DNA of 64,000 nucleotides from the human T2T-CHM13v2.0 reference genome, Homo sapiens (GCF_009914755.1 NC_060935.1), one strand, 5' to 3'. Positions 38,975 to 57,620 are shown, counted from the first letter of the stretch. The notes: a model not told the origin generated them from the sequence alone. A program made the numbers and translations.

Positions 38975-40765
38975 ACTTCCAAGGCTCAAATAAAATCTCA
39001 CATCCTCCCAAATTAGCTACGAGGGAAATTGCCCACCAACTATAAATAACTGGAAAACAAGAAAAAATATATGATTCAACAATTTTCAGTCATTTGATGT
39101 CCCTATCATCCATGAGAGAAAGGAAATAAATAAGGTGAGCTCCACAATTGCCCCAGCTTACTGCCTGGAGGCAGTTTTCAGGAAAGAGAAAGAAATACGG
39201 GACTCAAACAGAGTCTAGTTTCTCCAATGCACTGAAGACAGAAATTGTTTTGGGTAGCCATGGCAGGTAGAATTTGTGGTCAGAATACCAGGGTTGAAGG
39301 ATAAGAAGGACTATCATGAACAGACAGAGAGTCAGAGAGGTACAAGTGTGGATTATGTAATCAGTTCCTGATTATCACCCATAATTAGGAAAAAAATGAA
39401 TTAATAGAGAAATGACAGAGATAATAAAATAGGTAAGAATGTTTAAGAAGCTAATTTTAAAAATGTGCTTTACATATGTAAAAATGTATACAAAAACATA
39501 AACAGGATGAAGAGTATGAGAGAAATGGAAGATTTTTAATGAACCAAATGAAACATATAAAGATAAAAAAAGATACCCAAAATGAAAAATACACTAGATG
39601 GGATCAACCACAGATTAAGATGCTGCAAAAGAAGAAACCAGTTAACTCGAAGAAATAGTGACGGAAACTGTTTAAAACACAGAGATTTTAAAACACTGGA
39701 ACAAAATGAACAGAGTGCCAGTGATATGCTGAATGATACCAAGTACAGTCCTAGAAAGTGGGAGGGAAAATAAAAACACTATTTAAAGAAATAATGACCA
39801 ATAGTTTTCCACATTTGATAACTATAAATTCACAGATCTAAGAAGCTCAAAAGCCCCAGTCAGAATGAACATAAAGAAAACCATACATCATGATCAAATT
39901 GCTGAAAACCAAAGACAAAGTGAAAAATTTCAAAAGCAGCCAGAAAAGAAAAAGCTTACTTTCCATAAAGAACAAAGGATGACAGCAACCCCTCCTCATA
40001 AATAACTATTCAGATCATATGGCAGTGACATCTTTAAAGTCCTGAAAGAAAAGGACTGTCAATCTAGAAATCTATAACCTGCAAAAATATCATTTAAAAA
40101 GGACAAAATCTTATAATATTCATTGCCAGCAAATCTGTACCACAATAAAGGTCAAAGGAAGATTTGTGGGCAAAGAAAAATAACGACAGAGGAAACGTAT
40201 ATCTATACACAGAATTTATAGCTACAACAAAGAAATGAAGAACATCAGAAATGATCAATATCCAGGTACTTATATTTTTGTTGCATTTTTAATCTCTTTA
40301 AGATATAAATGACTATTTAAAGCAAAAATGATAGTAATCTATTATATGACTTACATAGAGAAATAAAATTGTGCACAAGAGGTATGTGCAGAGTTAAAAG
40401 CATATTATTGTGAGTTTCTCACATTATATGTGAAGTGGTATAATATTATTTAAAGATAGACTGTGATAAATTGTATAAACCCTAGTGAAACCACATAAAA
40501 TTAAAAGAAATATAGGTAATAAGCCAATAGTTGATCTAAAATGGAATCACAAAAAGGCTCAACTCAAAAGCAATCAGGGAAAATGGGAGAAAAGAACAGA
40601 GGTTAGCAGTAGAAAGCAAATAGCAAGATAACATATTTAAATTTTAGCATATTAATAATTATATCAAATGTAAGTAGTCTAAACTCTTCAATTAAAAGGT
40701 AGAGATTGATGGATTGAATAAAAAAGCAAACTAGAAACCAAACTTAAATATAAAGATACAGTATA
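38975..40765 (+). mobile_element. Ancient L1M 5' region, ORF1 and start of ORF2, degenerate
   Basis: ORF 39582-39773 MKNTLDGINHRL resembles the L1 ORF1p coiled coil; cagatctaagaagctcaa, aaattgctgaaaaccaaagac, aatgtaagtagtctaaactcttcaattaaaagg. Confidence 0.8.
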
Positions 40766-41332
40766 AACACCACAACAGTTGAAATTCTTCAAGGATATAG
40801 GCTTTATCTGATTCAACTTGTATTTCTCACGCCCAGTTCAGTACTAGTACTCAGAATCTACTAAAAGTTACTCCTTGAAAGAGTAAATGCCTTCATAAAG
40901 CAGTCTAATGGTAACTCTAAGAAATCCCTGGTGAATTAATCACTTCCTCCAAATTAATAGGTTCATAAGAAGAGTTGTTATAACAGCTGCTTTTTTAAAA
41001 ATCAGGGTTTTAATTCAGAAGACTTCACATGTCTGGCAAGTGTTTGTTCTATGGGGAATTTATCTACCTCACCTGAAAACCAGAATTCAAATAATCCTCT
41101 TTTTTTTTTAATAATTTTTTTTTTATTATTATACTTCAAGTTTTAGGGTACATGTGCACAATGTGCAGGTTAGTTACATATGTATACATGTGACATGCTG
41201 GTGCGCTGCACCCACTAACTCGTCATCTAGCATTAGGTATGTCTCCCAATGCTATCCCTCCCCACTCCCCCCACCTCACAACAGTCCCCAGAGTGTGATG
41301 TTCCCCTTCCTGTGTCCATGTGTTCTCATTGT

Positions 41333-44978
<3,646 letters not shown>

Positions 44979-45041
44979 AGACCATCGAGACTAGGAAGAA
45001 ACTGCATCAACTAACGAGCAAAATCACCAGCTAACATCATA

Positions 45042-45809
45042 ATGACAGGATCAAATTCACACATAACAATATTAACTTAAAATGTAAATGGACTAAATGC
45101 TCCAATTAAAAGACACAGACTGGCAAATTGGATAGAGTCAAGACCCATCAGTGTGTTGTATTCAGGAAACCCATCTCACATGCAGAGACACACATAGGCT
45201 CAAAATAAAAGGATGGAGGAAGATCTACCAAGCAAATGGAAAACAAAAAAAGGCAGAGGTTGCAATCCTAGTCTCTGATAAAACAGACTTTAAACCAACA
45301 AAGATCAAAAGAGATAAAGAAGGCCATTACATAATGGTAAAGGGATCAATTCAACAAGAAGAGCTAACTATCCTAAATATATATGCACCCAATACAGGAG
45401 CACCCAGATTCATAAAGCAAGTCCTGAGCGCCCTACAAAGAGACTTAGACTCCCACACATTAATAATGGGAGACTTTAACACCCCACTGTCAACATTAGA
45501 CAGATCAACGAGACAGAAAGTCAACAAGGATACCCAGGAATTGAACTCATCTCTGCACCAAGTGGACCTAATAGGCATCTCTACAGAACTCTCCACCCCA
45601 GATCAACAGAATATACATTTTTTTCAGCACCACACCACACCTATTCCAAAATTGACCACATAGTTGGAAGTAAAGCTCTCCTCAGCAAATGTAAAAGAAT
45701 AGAAATTATAACAAACTATCTCTCAGACCACAGTGCAATCAAACTAGAACTCAGGATTAAGAAACTCACTCAAAACTGCTCAACTACATGGAAACTAAAC
45801 AACCTGCTC
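45042..45809 (+). pseudogene. L1 ORF2p endonuclease domain (inverted segment), disrupted
   Basis: ATG ACA GGA TCA at 45042; TAA at 45078-45080; CCIQETHL, NIYAPN and GDFNTPL motifs in ORF 45151-45663. Confidence 0.93.
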
Positions 45810-45825
45810 AAATAATCTTCTAAGT

Positions 45826-46050
45826 CGAGGACCAGCAAAGTTTTTCAACAGAGGAGGACAAAATAGTAAATATTTCAGGCTTTGCAAGCCATGTGATCTT
45901 TGCAGTAACTACTCAATTCTGCCACTGTAGCACGAAAGCAGCCACAGATGATACAGAAATGAATGGCATGGCTGTGTTCCAGTGAAACTTTATTTACAAA
46001 AACCAGCACTGGGACAGACTTGGCCCATGAACTGTAGTTGTCAAGTCCCA
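45826..46050 (-). mobile_element. MER58A hAT-Charlie MITE
   Basis: atagtaaatatttcaggctttgc...gtgttccagtgaaactttatttacaaaaac, antisense MER58A. Confidence 0.88.
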
Positions 46051-46088
46051 TTCAAGCAGGATGATTGTTTGAAGTCTCGACGGCTGTG

Positions 46089-46486
46089 TGCTAGGGTTTG
46101 AATATTTGTTTCATCTGAAATTCATATTGGAACTTAATCCCTAATATAACAATATTAAGAGCTGAGGCCTTTGAGAGATGATTGGATCATACATAGATTA
46201 ATGGATTAATGGGTTAGTGAAGTAATGGGTTATCATGGGAATGGATTATTTATCACAAGATGAGTCTGTTAAAAAAGTGAGTTTGGCTCTCAGTGTACCC
46301 CTCTTGCCATGTGATGCCTTCCTCTATGCTATGACACAGCAAGTGGACCTCACCAGAAGCTGACCAGATGCAGCCACCTGATGTTGGATTTCTCATCCTC
46401 CAGGACCTTAACGAATAAATTTATTTTCTTTATCAATTATCCAGTCTCAGATATTCAGTTATAGTGACAGAAAATGGACTAAGACA
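46089..46486 (+). mobile_element. MST (MSTC/D-like) MaLR solo LTR
   Basis: tgctagggtttgaata...acagaaaatggactaagaca; perfect 5-bp TSD ctgtg at 46084-46088 and 46487-46491. Confidence 0.9.
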
Positions 46487-47169
46487 CTGTGTTATCTATT
46501 CCGTAAATGATACATTTATCACCACTCTAGAAAGCTTTGATCAGAGCCCGTAATAGATGCACACATCTCTTTATTTATACTTACCCTGTACCTACATTTT
46601 CTAGTTAATGCAAATAGAAAAGGCAAGATCTCAGACACTGACAGGTAATTTACTTTCTATATCTAAGATCTCCAATGCTGTTTTGTGCTTTTATTGTATT
46701 GTCACAGTCTATGCAGCCAGTGACTTTGAAAACAATTCTAAACTATAAAAGTGCCTGATGTTACCACTATCAGCTCTTCTCATTTTTCAATGGGACAGAA
46801 GGTTTGGTCAATTGTATTTATTCACAACATGTAATATATGTTCTTTTTATATGCTCAATCTACTTTTTCAAAATATCTTATTTTAGCTTTTTTTTCCCAG
46901 CATATCACAACTTTCTACCTCACATTCTTATAATTCTCTCATCTTCTTAAAATTACTAATAAAAACAATGTATTCTATGTTTGCCTATTCTTCATGGCTT
47001 TCTATATAAATATTCTCCCAAGGTAAGGATTTGAGATTTCAAGATAAACGGTCACTAAAAATAGCATGTGCTCAAACCATCTACTAGATCAAGTAAACAT
47101 GTCCTCTATTTAAAGCAAATTGCTCATTCAGAGAAAAGGGTACAATTATAAAGGAAGATCACGTATTTG

Positions 47170-47405
47170 GTGTTAACATGTGGTCTAAGTTAGATATTAG
47201 GAGTTCAGGCTTTAGATGCATCCTGGTTGTATTTATTAGTGGCAATGTAACACTAAGTGAGTTATTTATCTTTTATGATTCTGTCTTATTATCTATTAAA
47301 TGTGAACACAAGGTATACCTCATTAAAGATGATGTGAGATCAAATGAGATAATGCATGAAAGTTTAGTAGAGTTCTGCTTTATAATAAGTACTCAATAAA
47401 TATTG
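47170..47405 (+). mobile_element. MIR SINE
   Basis: gatgtgagatcaaatgagataatgcatgaaag...taagtactcaataaatatt. Confidence 0.75.
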
Positions 47406-48029
47406 TGTTAATTTTTAATTTTATGTGTTTGAAACCCAATAAATATTCATCAAGTAACAGACAGAAAAAGTATATTTGTATATAGTCTAGAACTAGTGTC
47501 TTACCAATTATTTTTATTTCCAGAGTCCAGTATACTGCATAATAACTAGTAGCTACTCAAAATATTTTTTTTGAAATTGAAGTTAATTACTTCTCCACAT
47601 GAGGTAACGTATTCACAATGTAATGGCTTTGCCTTGTTAAATCACGTATCCATCCCATTAGCCAAGAGTATAATTTGAAATTTTCAATTTGATTGCTCCA
47701 AAATTTACATTTTTATACTGCAATATGGCCGTGTTTTATACATTACCTTATATAACTTAGATAAGTTTATTTAAATACACAAATCTGTGAGTTTAGGTAT
47801 TATTAACTTAGAAATGAAAAAAAAATAGAGAGCTCCAGACTCCTTATCCCAGCCACCACAGTTGGTTTGGAACTTAGGTTTGTTATGCTTTGGAACTCAT
47901 TTTTTAAACCACTGTGCTACTCTGTCTCTTCAAAAAAAAGTATAAGTTCCTGTAAGTTATTCATGACTTCAACAAGAATGGGAAGAAAATGTTAATATTT
48001 CTCATGCATTAAAATACTTAATTTATTAG

Positions 48030-48125
48030 ATCTCATGACAACAGTTTGAGACAGATGTGATCATTTCTACTTTTCAGATGAGGCAACTGAGGCTTAGAGA
48101 GGCTAACTTGTTCAATGTCATACAA
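48030..48125 (-). mobile_element. MIR core fragment
   Basis: ttttcagatgaggcaactgaggcttagagagg. Confidence 0.8.
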
Positions 48126-48419
48126 AGCTTTTCTTGGGGGGAGATGGGGCGGGCAGACATACACACAAGGAATAGCTTCATTTACTTTAACTGTTTTGTT
48201 GAAAGTTGGCCCCTGAAGTAACTTGGCACTTGGCTCTCTATTCAATAAAAGGCTTCATGCCACAGACATGGTTGGAGCATTAAAAATATGCCCTTCTGAA
48301 ATTTTGTAATGTGACATAAAGATTGCTGGTTGGAACTGCTGTATAAAACCCTTCACTGAGAAACCCCAGGGTCAGATACGCTAACAGGGAACACAGTTTG
48401 AGGATCATAAGAAAGGATA

Positions 48420-48610
48420 TGAAATATGTATTGAGTGCTGACCATGTGCCAGGAGCATGCAGATACATTTGATATTCACAACAATATATGGGGTAAACTT
48501 TATCCCTTCACCTTACTAATGGGGAAACTGACATTCACAGAAGCTATTTCACTTGTTCTAGGTCCCTCTGCTGCTAAACAATAAAACCAGCTTTTGAATC
48601 TGTTTCCACT
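48420..48610 (-). mobile_element. MIR SINE
   Basis: tattgagtgctgaccatgtgccagg...atggggaaactga. Confidence 0.7.
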
Positions 48611-49865
48611 AAAACACCACAAATGAACAACATAAATAATTATAATGCTGAAGAGAGAGGGTATTTACCTCTTCTTCCTGAGATGAGAATGTTATATCTT
48701 ACAAGGAAGAGGATATCCCCTCTTTCTTGGCAATTATGCACTTCCTCATATGCATATTACAACTGTTTGACATATACAATCCATTCATAGACTCGAATAT
48801 ATAACCGTTTCACAGATCTGAGCTGCCTCTCACCTAAAAGTGGTATAGGGGGAAGTTGTATTTTTTTTCAACTTTATTAGGTACTTAAAATCCTTATGAA
48901 AATTTGAAATATTATTCATTTAAAAGTGGAAAAATAAACTATGTAATTACACCTTTAAAATCCACCATTTCCAAGGAATCTCCTAGTTTTCCCCAATTTG
49001 AAATAAAGGAAGTGGCATGGTAATAGTAGGAAGTTTGGGGTCAGACAGATAGGTAGACTAGGTCTAAGTTCTAGCACACTAGCAACTAATTAAATGATTT
49101 TAGAAATCACTTATCCACATAGGATTTTGGGGAGAGTTGACTGATGCTGAAAGTGAGGTGCCTACCACAGTGTGTGGTGTACAGTAGGGCCTCAGAAAGC
49201 ATCAAATCCTTTTTACCACTATGAGAAACACAAGACAGGTTTCTTCTTTTATTAGCATTAATAACATATGTGTGTATTCTCTCCCACAAGAGTACTATTT
49301 CTGGAAAGCAGCGTCTGACTCTTTACCACCTATTAGGTCTCTGCGTTATAGGTTCGTTATAGGCGTTCAAGAAATTATTGGTGAACTGAAAGTATAGGGA
49401 GTAGGTTCCTGAGCCAGACTGAAAGGAACCAAAGTTCAAAGCAAAATACTGAATGCTGATAGTTAGCACATACTAATAAAGACCACTATAATCGTACATG
49501 TGTGGGCAGGTGGTGGGAGGAGGGCATCTAGGGGTCTATTTTATCAAAGGTTATATGTTGGAGAAATGTGCCCACCACATTCTCAGTCACTCTTCACACT
49601 TTCCATTCTGGCTTTTTTATAAATCCAGTTGCCTACTTATGTCCAAAGGACCAAAGTCTTTTTGTCGCTTTAGATCTAAAGAGGTCAGTGAGATGTGAAT
49701 AATGTTTCTACTGGTTCTTTTTCAGCCTTTGGTTTACTTTACTAAAAAGAAAAGACAAGCTGCGATTTTAATATGGCACTATTTCACTATTTATAAATAA
49801 GAAGTCAGATAACACAAATCTCTTTATAAACCAAAAGAAAAAAAATACATGTAGTATACAAAATC

Positions 49866-50153
49866 TTTTTTTTTTTTTTTTGATAGCCTCTGTCACCCAG
49901 GCTAGGGTACAACAGTGGCACAACCATGGTTTACTGCAGCCTCAACCACCCAGGCTCAGGGGATCCTCCTCCCACCTCAACCTCCCAAGTAGCTGAAGTT
50001 ACAGGTGTGCACCACCAAGCCTGGCTAATTTTTTGTATAGACGGGGTTTTGCCCTTTTGCCCAGGCTGGTCTCAAACTCCTGGGCTCAAAAGATCTACTC
50101 ACTTCAGCCTCCCAAACTGCTGGAGTTACAGCTGTGAGCCACCACGCCTGGCC
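49866..50153 (-). mobile_element. Alu (AluJ-like)
   Basis: tgcagcctcaacc...ggctcag..gatcctcc AluJ-type sequence; TSD acaaaatctttt at 49858-49869 and 50154-50165. Confidence 0.94.
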
Positions 50154-51855
50154 ACAAAATCTTTTCTACCAGCACAGCAAACTTGCTTATTCTATTGGTC
50201 AGAATCGACATACTACTAAGATCAATTAACATTTTAAAATGTAAGATTAAACATGGCCTACCAAACCTCTTCCCTCCCAAAAAAGATTAAACATTATTCC
50301 TATACTTCTCATGGTGAGCTCAACTGGTTAGTTAACAAAAAAGTCCTGATATAATCTATGAAAATTTTCTACTTTTAGAAAACTTTTGTAAACGTACTTT
50401 AAATTTCTATGAGAAAATAATATCTCCTGCATGGTATATAAGGAAGATTTATTTCATTTCCTCTCAGCTAGTCTCTAATTTTACTTTATTAAAAAGATAA
50501 CCCACTTCACGGAAAAGGGCAGTCATTTTGAAAAATCATAATATTCTGAAATGGCTGTATTTTAGTATGTGATTTTAAAAAATTGCATGTTCAGATCTTC
50601 TTGTTAGGTGTCAGACCTTTGGCATTTACTTTCAAGGATTTTAAGCGGTAATTTGTGTAAAGTATATTTACATTTAAATTAATCTGAAAAATGCAAATGA
50701 AGACATACCAAACAGTATAAAACTTACGACTTACATTTAGATTCATATTGTACATAGGTGCATTAAAGTATTGTTTGGTAATGATGGAATCCAATCCAAT
50801 TAGAATTTTTAAAATTCAGAAAGCATCTGAAGTGTGTTAATAAATTCACAGCTTTATAATATTAACATCACAATTTCAGTGTTGCTTTTTATTTCACAAA
50901 ATAATTATGCTGGACCGCATATGCAGATTCTAATTATACACAACAAAGAAAGACTTAAATTGGACCTCCTGAAAAGGCCCATTTGCTTATAAAAAGCTGT
51001 GATGATTTGCCATCACACGAAATTTGTATTTAATAAATAAAGACAGAATGTGTAAATTAGCTTTCAGTGTCTTTGCCCTACAGCAAATCCAAAATTATGG
51101 AAATATAAAAATTATAGCTTTAACTTCCCATGAACTATCTGTGCATTGCTTCAATTTGTGGTTGCTTAGAAACATTATAGGCAAAGGAATTGATTCTTTC
51201 CAGATGCTACTAGTCAAACCACATTTTCTGTTTTTGATTTAAGGCTATTCTGTTTAATAGTGTTATAAATATACATTTCTCTAAAAAGTCACAAATGACA
51301 AATCAAGTTCTGTTAGTAGTGCATCTCGGGAATCTATTCCTTCTTAACATGGAAAAAGTATTTTCTGTGTTCAGCTTCCATTAGCTTAACTAAAGGTAAA
51401 CAATGTTGAATGTTATTACTGTCATTTATTCCCAAGATTTAGTCCACTAGTTCCCATCTAAGTTTGTGATTCAGTAGCTTGGTAGCACTGAGACATTCAC
51501 ATTAATTTATCAAATGCTCATTGAGAGAGACAATCACCTTACCAAATACCTAAAAATATAGCAAGAGATGAAACCACGAGAGTTACTGGCATATGTGAAT
51601 AATGAACTTAACTAATAACTACAGACTGTACTTGGGTGGATACTTTAGAAAAATAACTGAAGGAAAGAGAGACAGAGAGAGGCAAGAGAAGAGAGGAATG
51701 AGATGGAAGCAACTGAGTCCTAAATGTGAACTTTTTTCAGTTTGTGGAGGAAACAAATGCAAGGCCAACGTTCAAACTCCAGACGACTATCTGGATGATC
51801 TCAACAATGTTACTTAATTTCTCTAAACTTTGTTTTTTCCAATTAAGAAACAGTC

Positions 51856-51897
51856 AAAAAAAAAAAAAAAAAAAAAACAAAAAAAACAAAAAAAAAA
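51856..51897 (+). repeat. A-rich tract (A22 plus CA7-8 units)
   Basis: Seen directly, 7 bp upstream of an Alu. Confidence 0.9.
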
Positions 51898-51904
51898 CCC
51901 ACCA

Positions 51905-52284
<380 letters not shown>

Positions 52285-52789
52285 TCAGAAAGTAAATAAT
52301 CGTTGAATTATCACATTGTTGAAACATCAAAGATCCTTATTTTTAACTTTTAGTTTCTAGGAGTTGTTGATTATTTTTAAGATGTTCTTAAAATCCCCCA
52401 AATTCCTTTCAACTTCTGTTTTTCTCTAAAGTTTGAACAAAATATGTATACTTTCACTAAATTTCTAATAATGAAGATCAAAGGTAACACTGGATCTAAT
52501 CTCACAAAATAGATCTAAAATATAAACATAAGGATGATAATTTTCTCATTTCTGCTTTGTAAAAATGTATATGAAAAGTTATTTTGAGCTTCTTGATACT
52601 TTACATGAACACATTTGCTCTGCGTTGAGAGGTTCCTCCTGCTTTTTTCACAGGCAGAAAAATTATTTGCTTTAATGAAAACCCACCAAACTGAGTCAAA
52701 TCCCAAATAGCTTGCTTGATATGTTCCTTCCAAAATTATTTGTTTCATGGGGAAAAGGATATCTCTAGGACCCATTCCTTATAGTCCTT

Positions 52790-53945
52790 CCTGGGTTTTA
52801 AGCCTCCACATGCCTGAAATCAAGCTCAGGGAACTTTTTCCCCAAACCAGTTTCTCCAACTATTCTCCTAACTCAATGCCACAGTAATCCACCCAATTTG
52901 AACACTTCAGGATAATTATTGATTATTTCTCACCATAACCCATAATGTTCAACTGTCTCTCTGCTTTAATTGATTTTATGTTCTAAAGCAAGCTTGTTCA
53001 ACTCGCAGCCCACAGGCTGCATGCAGTCCAGGATGGCTTTGAATGCAGTCCAACATGAATTTGTAAACTTTCTTAAAATATAATGAGATTTTTTAATCTG
53101 TGATTTTTTTTAGCCCATCAGCTGTCATTAATGTTAGTGTATTTTATGTGTGGCCCAAGACAATTCTTCTTCTTCCAGTGTGGCCCAGGGAGACCAAAAG
53201 ATTGGACACCCTTGTTCTAAAGAATACCTGAAATTGTCACCTTGTTGGGCATTCTTACTACCACTAGCTTGATTCATATCTCATCAACTCTGGCAACACC
53301 TTCCAAACTTATCTCTCTGCCTACAGTCCCTTCCCAGCTTCATTTTTCCCCCTCAAACTAAGTAACTTGTAACTACATACAACTATATCAAAACCTTTGC
53401 TGGACACATAAACACTAGAGTCTAAAAGCCCAAGCTTCTTCTCATGACACTTAGTCTTTCCCATCTTCACCAAACATCATATGGATTCTCATCTACTGTC
53501 CTCTCTCATGCACCCCCTACTCCAATCACAGAGAACTGTGTATTAACCCCTAAATACAATATGTATTTTATAATTTCCTGTCTCTACAAATGTGCTTGAG
53601 TCTCAGATTTTAATGGACTATTGCCCAGTTTCTCCAGCTGGTAGACTTATATTCAATACCCAAATTTAAAGTTACTACCTCGAGAAACTCTGTCTTTAAA
53701 AAGCTGTCTCCAAAGCAAGAATACCCATTATTTTCAAATTACCCACAGCACATCTTCCATATTCTCATTATAACACTTTTCATAGTGGACTGTTATTAAC
53801 TGATTATGTGAATAATTCTCCAAAGAGACTGAGTTCTTTAAAAGAAGGGTTCTTGTCTTATTAATCTTTGTTTAATTAGTGCTTGGAACTATATCTAGCA
53901 CATGATACAAGACATATGATTTCTGAGTGAATGAATGCATGAATT
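52790..53945 (+). mobile_element. L2 LINE 3' region interrupted by MER30
   Basis: Degenerate L2 body ending gagtgaatgaatgcatgaat. Confidence 0.7.
52989..53214 (-). mobile_element. MER30 hAT-Charlie MITE
   Basis: ggatggctttgaatgc...tgtggcccaagacaattcttc...aaaagattggacaccc; perfect 8-bp TSD ttctaaag at 52981-52988 and 53215-53222. Confidence 0.92.
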
Positions 53946-55489
53946 AACTGCTATAATTATTGCGCTGTTTTTGTTCACCAACTGGTTCTTTGAAAACAAT
54001 ATATATAAAACTTACCAACTGACAATGCTGCTGAGTCTGATAACATGGCACACCATGTTAATGTCATTTTATAATACAGACTTTACATTTAGTTTTTTAT
54101 ACCTTAATTTATCTTCTATAAATGTGCAATAAAACTTATTTAATAAAACATTAAAAATCAGGGTTTTTAAAATGTGGATATCTATCTTTTTGTCTACAGA
54201 TAGACTGAATATTAAAATTTTGATCATCTGACTTTATCCGTTTTAGTATTAACCTAAAGGTTGCCTTTGGAAGAGCAACTGGAATATTTTTTTTTTTAAT
54301 TACAGTGTTAGCTGGCCATATTTTAATACTGATTGTTATTGAGGCTAGATCCTTGCTACCTAAAACAACATCTCTACCTCTGCTTTGTCATTTATACATT
54401 TGCTTTTCCATTATGTTACACACATTTATCTTAGATTATCATACATACTTTGTAAGCAGAATATGCCTTCTTTGGTTGTTGAACACATTATTGCAGAGCC
54501 TTTCTTTTGTATAACTTATTAATTAAATCCTGTTCAATGACTTGTTTGTGATTATTTTCATAATTTCCATTTCATACAAACTTGACCCATTTGCCTCTTA
54601 AATAAGCTTATTGTACTATGTTGATGTCTTCATTTTTTTCCACGTAATAAGATGTTGATAAAATATAAGGTCAGGAAGAGAAATAGCCATGTTAATGTGT
54701 TCACAAAGTATTCACTCTAAGTTTGCTTAAATTATCATCAATCTTTTCTTTGGCAGCTAAGAAATTCACTTCCATAGAGCTTTAATTATCTCTCTCTCTC
54801 TCTTTTTAATTCTTAATTTTTATTATTAGCATGACTTAAAAACACAAATCACTATTTGACAAATGTCTTATTACCCATATTAGTTTTTGCTATGTAAAGG
54901 AGATTGAGGATAGGCTTGTTATTTATCCCAACTCAGATTCTATGGATGAAGGCAGGGAGGTGAAGGGATGAAATATTAAAAATAAATTTTAGGAAAATCA
55001 TTCTAGAAATGTAGGATCACATTGACCTTAAAGGATAAACAGGAACTTAAAAATAATGACATCACTAAAGATAGACTAGGGTTTAAAGGACTGAGAAATT
55101 CAATTTTGAATCCTTACTAAATTAAGATCTACTCTTGTGTCCATATGGAAGGTACTTATATTCTAGAAAAAGCCAAGTCTAAAAACTTTTCATGAACCCA
55201 AGAAATACGAAACCCAAGTATAGTGATGTGGTTAGTATTCTTGATTTTTATTTTTGATTTATAATCCTTCTCTTTATAAAAACACCTTGAAGCTTCACAT
55301 TATAAAAGCCAAAAACCTAATGGAAAATTAAAAAAAAAACAACTCATTTCAGCACAGGAGGTAGCTAGAGTGGCAACCATTTACTATGAAAATTGGCAAT
55401 TAAAAAGAATTAAACATCTTCTCCTACACAAACTGAGCATCAGAGTCATCTAAAATCTTCGTCTGTGAGGAAAATTTTTTCAGAAAATT

Positions 55490-56350
55490 TTCATCTGATA
55501 AATGTAGATTAATGACAGAATTAGAAAATCACCAAATGGCAAATTATGTTGAAAAAATGTTAAAAGGCAACAATCATCAATAGATTGTAAAAGATATTAT
55601 GTGAAAAGACTAATGGGGAAATTTGTAATGTAAGGGTCAGGCTGACAAAACCTGTACCAATGATAAATTTCAACATCACTAAAATTATGATTACCAGATA
55701 TACATATTTTCTGATTTAATGTAATACAAATTACATGCACCATCTGTGAAGTATCCATGCTAAAGAAGTTGAATCCAAATATAATCCAGGCTTTATACTT
55801 ATTTTTTAGTTTATAGAAAATATGAAGAATAGAAAAACATTTTATACACCAAAAGAAAACAATTCTATAAGGCAACTGTCTTAGTTTTCAAGAGTCATTG
55901 GTATCATTAAATTTTAAAAAAAGGAAGGACCTATTCTAGATTAAAGGGAATTTAAAAGAAAGCACCACCACCATGAAAGGCAAAATGTTGACCCTGTTTG
56001 GGCCCAAATTTAAACAAACCAACCATAAAATGACATTTTTGAAATAATAAGGGGAATTTGACTTATATTCAAATGTATTAGATAATAGTAAAGACAAATT
56101 GGTAACTTTCTAGGTGATTATATAGAAAATATCTATTTGTATGGTTATATACATTAGTATTATAAAATGTAGTAATTGATATTAGAACTCTAAAATATTA
56201 AAATAAAAACATAAAAAGAAAGAAGAAGAACAAGTTTAAGCAAGTTTGACAAAATGACGATTATAGAATCTGAGGGTACATTACATCGTATCTACTATTG
56301 TATTGACTTCTATATCACAAAAGTCTGAGAATGTTTATGATAAAAAGGTT
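55490..56350 (+). mobile_element. Ancient L1M (L1MC/ME-like) 3' end
   Basis: ctattctagattaaagg...gacatttttgaaataataaggggaattt. Confidence 0.6.
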
Positions 56351-56664
56351 CAAAATACAAGGTGAAATATTTAAAACATATATATTTTAATGTTTAACTA
56401 ATTTGAACAGAAAGTATGGGAAATCTTGTGAAGCCAAAAATAAATCCAGAGGTGGAACTAAATACTGAAGCCACCAGCTTCACTGGGGACATCTGCCATT
56501 CACAATCACCTAAACAGTTAATCTAAATGACCTTATAGGAACAAGAGACTTAGCCTAGGGCTCACACAAGTTGAAGAGTCAGAATAAAGATTCCTACAGA
56601 GAGCTGAAAGCCCAAATCCTCATTCTATCACTGAAAGGGCCTACTAGGAAAATACCTATTCCAC

Positions 56665-57104
56665 TGGCTATAGACTGAATGTTTATGTTCTTCTGCCTCC
56701 AAATTCATATATTGAAGCCGTAACACTGACTGTGGCTGTATTTGGAGATGGGGCCCCTAAGAAAGTAATTAGGATTAAATGAGGTCATAAGGGTAGGGCT
56801 GTGATTTATTAGGATTAGTGTCCCTAAAAGAAGAGACATCAGGGGGCTGGTTTGCTCTTTCTCTTGCTCTCTGTCTTTCCTTCTCTGGATGCACTGCATA
56901 CACACATCAAGGAAAGGTCATATGAGGACACAGTGAGAAGGCAGCCATATACAAGCCAAGAAAAGGTTCCTCACCAGCAACCTAATTTGCTGGCACCTTG
57001 ATCTTGAATTTCCCATTCTCCAGAATTGTGAGAAAATAAATTTCTATTATTTAAGCCATTCAGTCTGTAATATTTAGTCATAGCAGCCTGAGCAGACTAA
57101 TATA
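56665..57104 (+). mobile_element. MLT1A-type MaLR solo LTR
   Basis: ctatagactgaatgtttatg...gtatttggagatgggg...ccagaattgtgagaaaataaatttct...gcagactaata. Confidence 0.9.
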
Positions 57105-57265
57105 ACCAGAAAAAAGATGATGAGGATATTTATCAATCTTGGGTCTGACACTCAATGGGGGGAAAAATCTCGCCTGAGAATTTGTAATCACAACTTGGCC
57201 CTTTTTTAAGATTTGGAACTCAAATTCACACTGTGTGTTCTAAAAACCACCAATATAAGAGTTCA

Positions 57266-57620
57266 GGCCAGGCGCGGTGGCTCACACCTGTAATCTCAGC
57301 AGTTTGGGTGGCTGAGGTGGGCGGATTACGAGGTCAAGAGATCAAGTCCATCCTGCCCAACATGGTGAAACCCTGTCTGTACTAAAAATACAAAAAATAC
57401 AAAAAAAAAAAATTAGTTGGGCGTGGTGGCGCACACTGGTATTCACAGATACTCAGGAGGCTGAGGAAGAAAAAATCGTTTGAACCCGGGAGACGGAAGT
57501 TGCAGTGAACCAAGATCGCGCCACTTCACTCCAGCCTGGCAACAGAGGAAGACTCCATCTCAAAAACATCTCAAAAACAAAAACAAAAACAAACATAAAC
57601 AAACAATAACAAAAAAAAAA
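57266..57620 (+). mobile_element. Alu (AluSc-like) with extended CA-rich tail
   Basis: Alu body; partial TSD aagagt at 57257-57262 and about 57620-57626. Confidence 0.95.

Noticed and set aside
50996-51080. GTGATGA as a C box of a C/D snoRNA
   Set aside because: No CTGA D box or terminal stem at a suitable distance.
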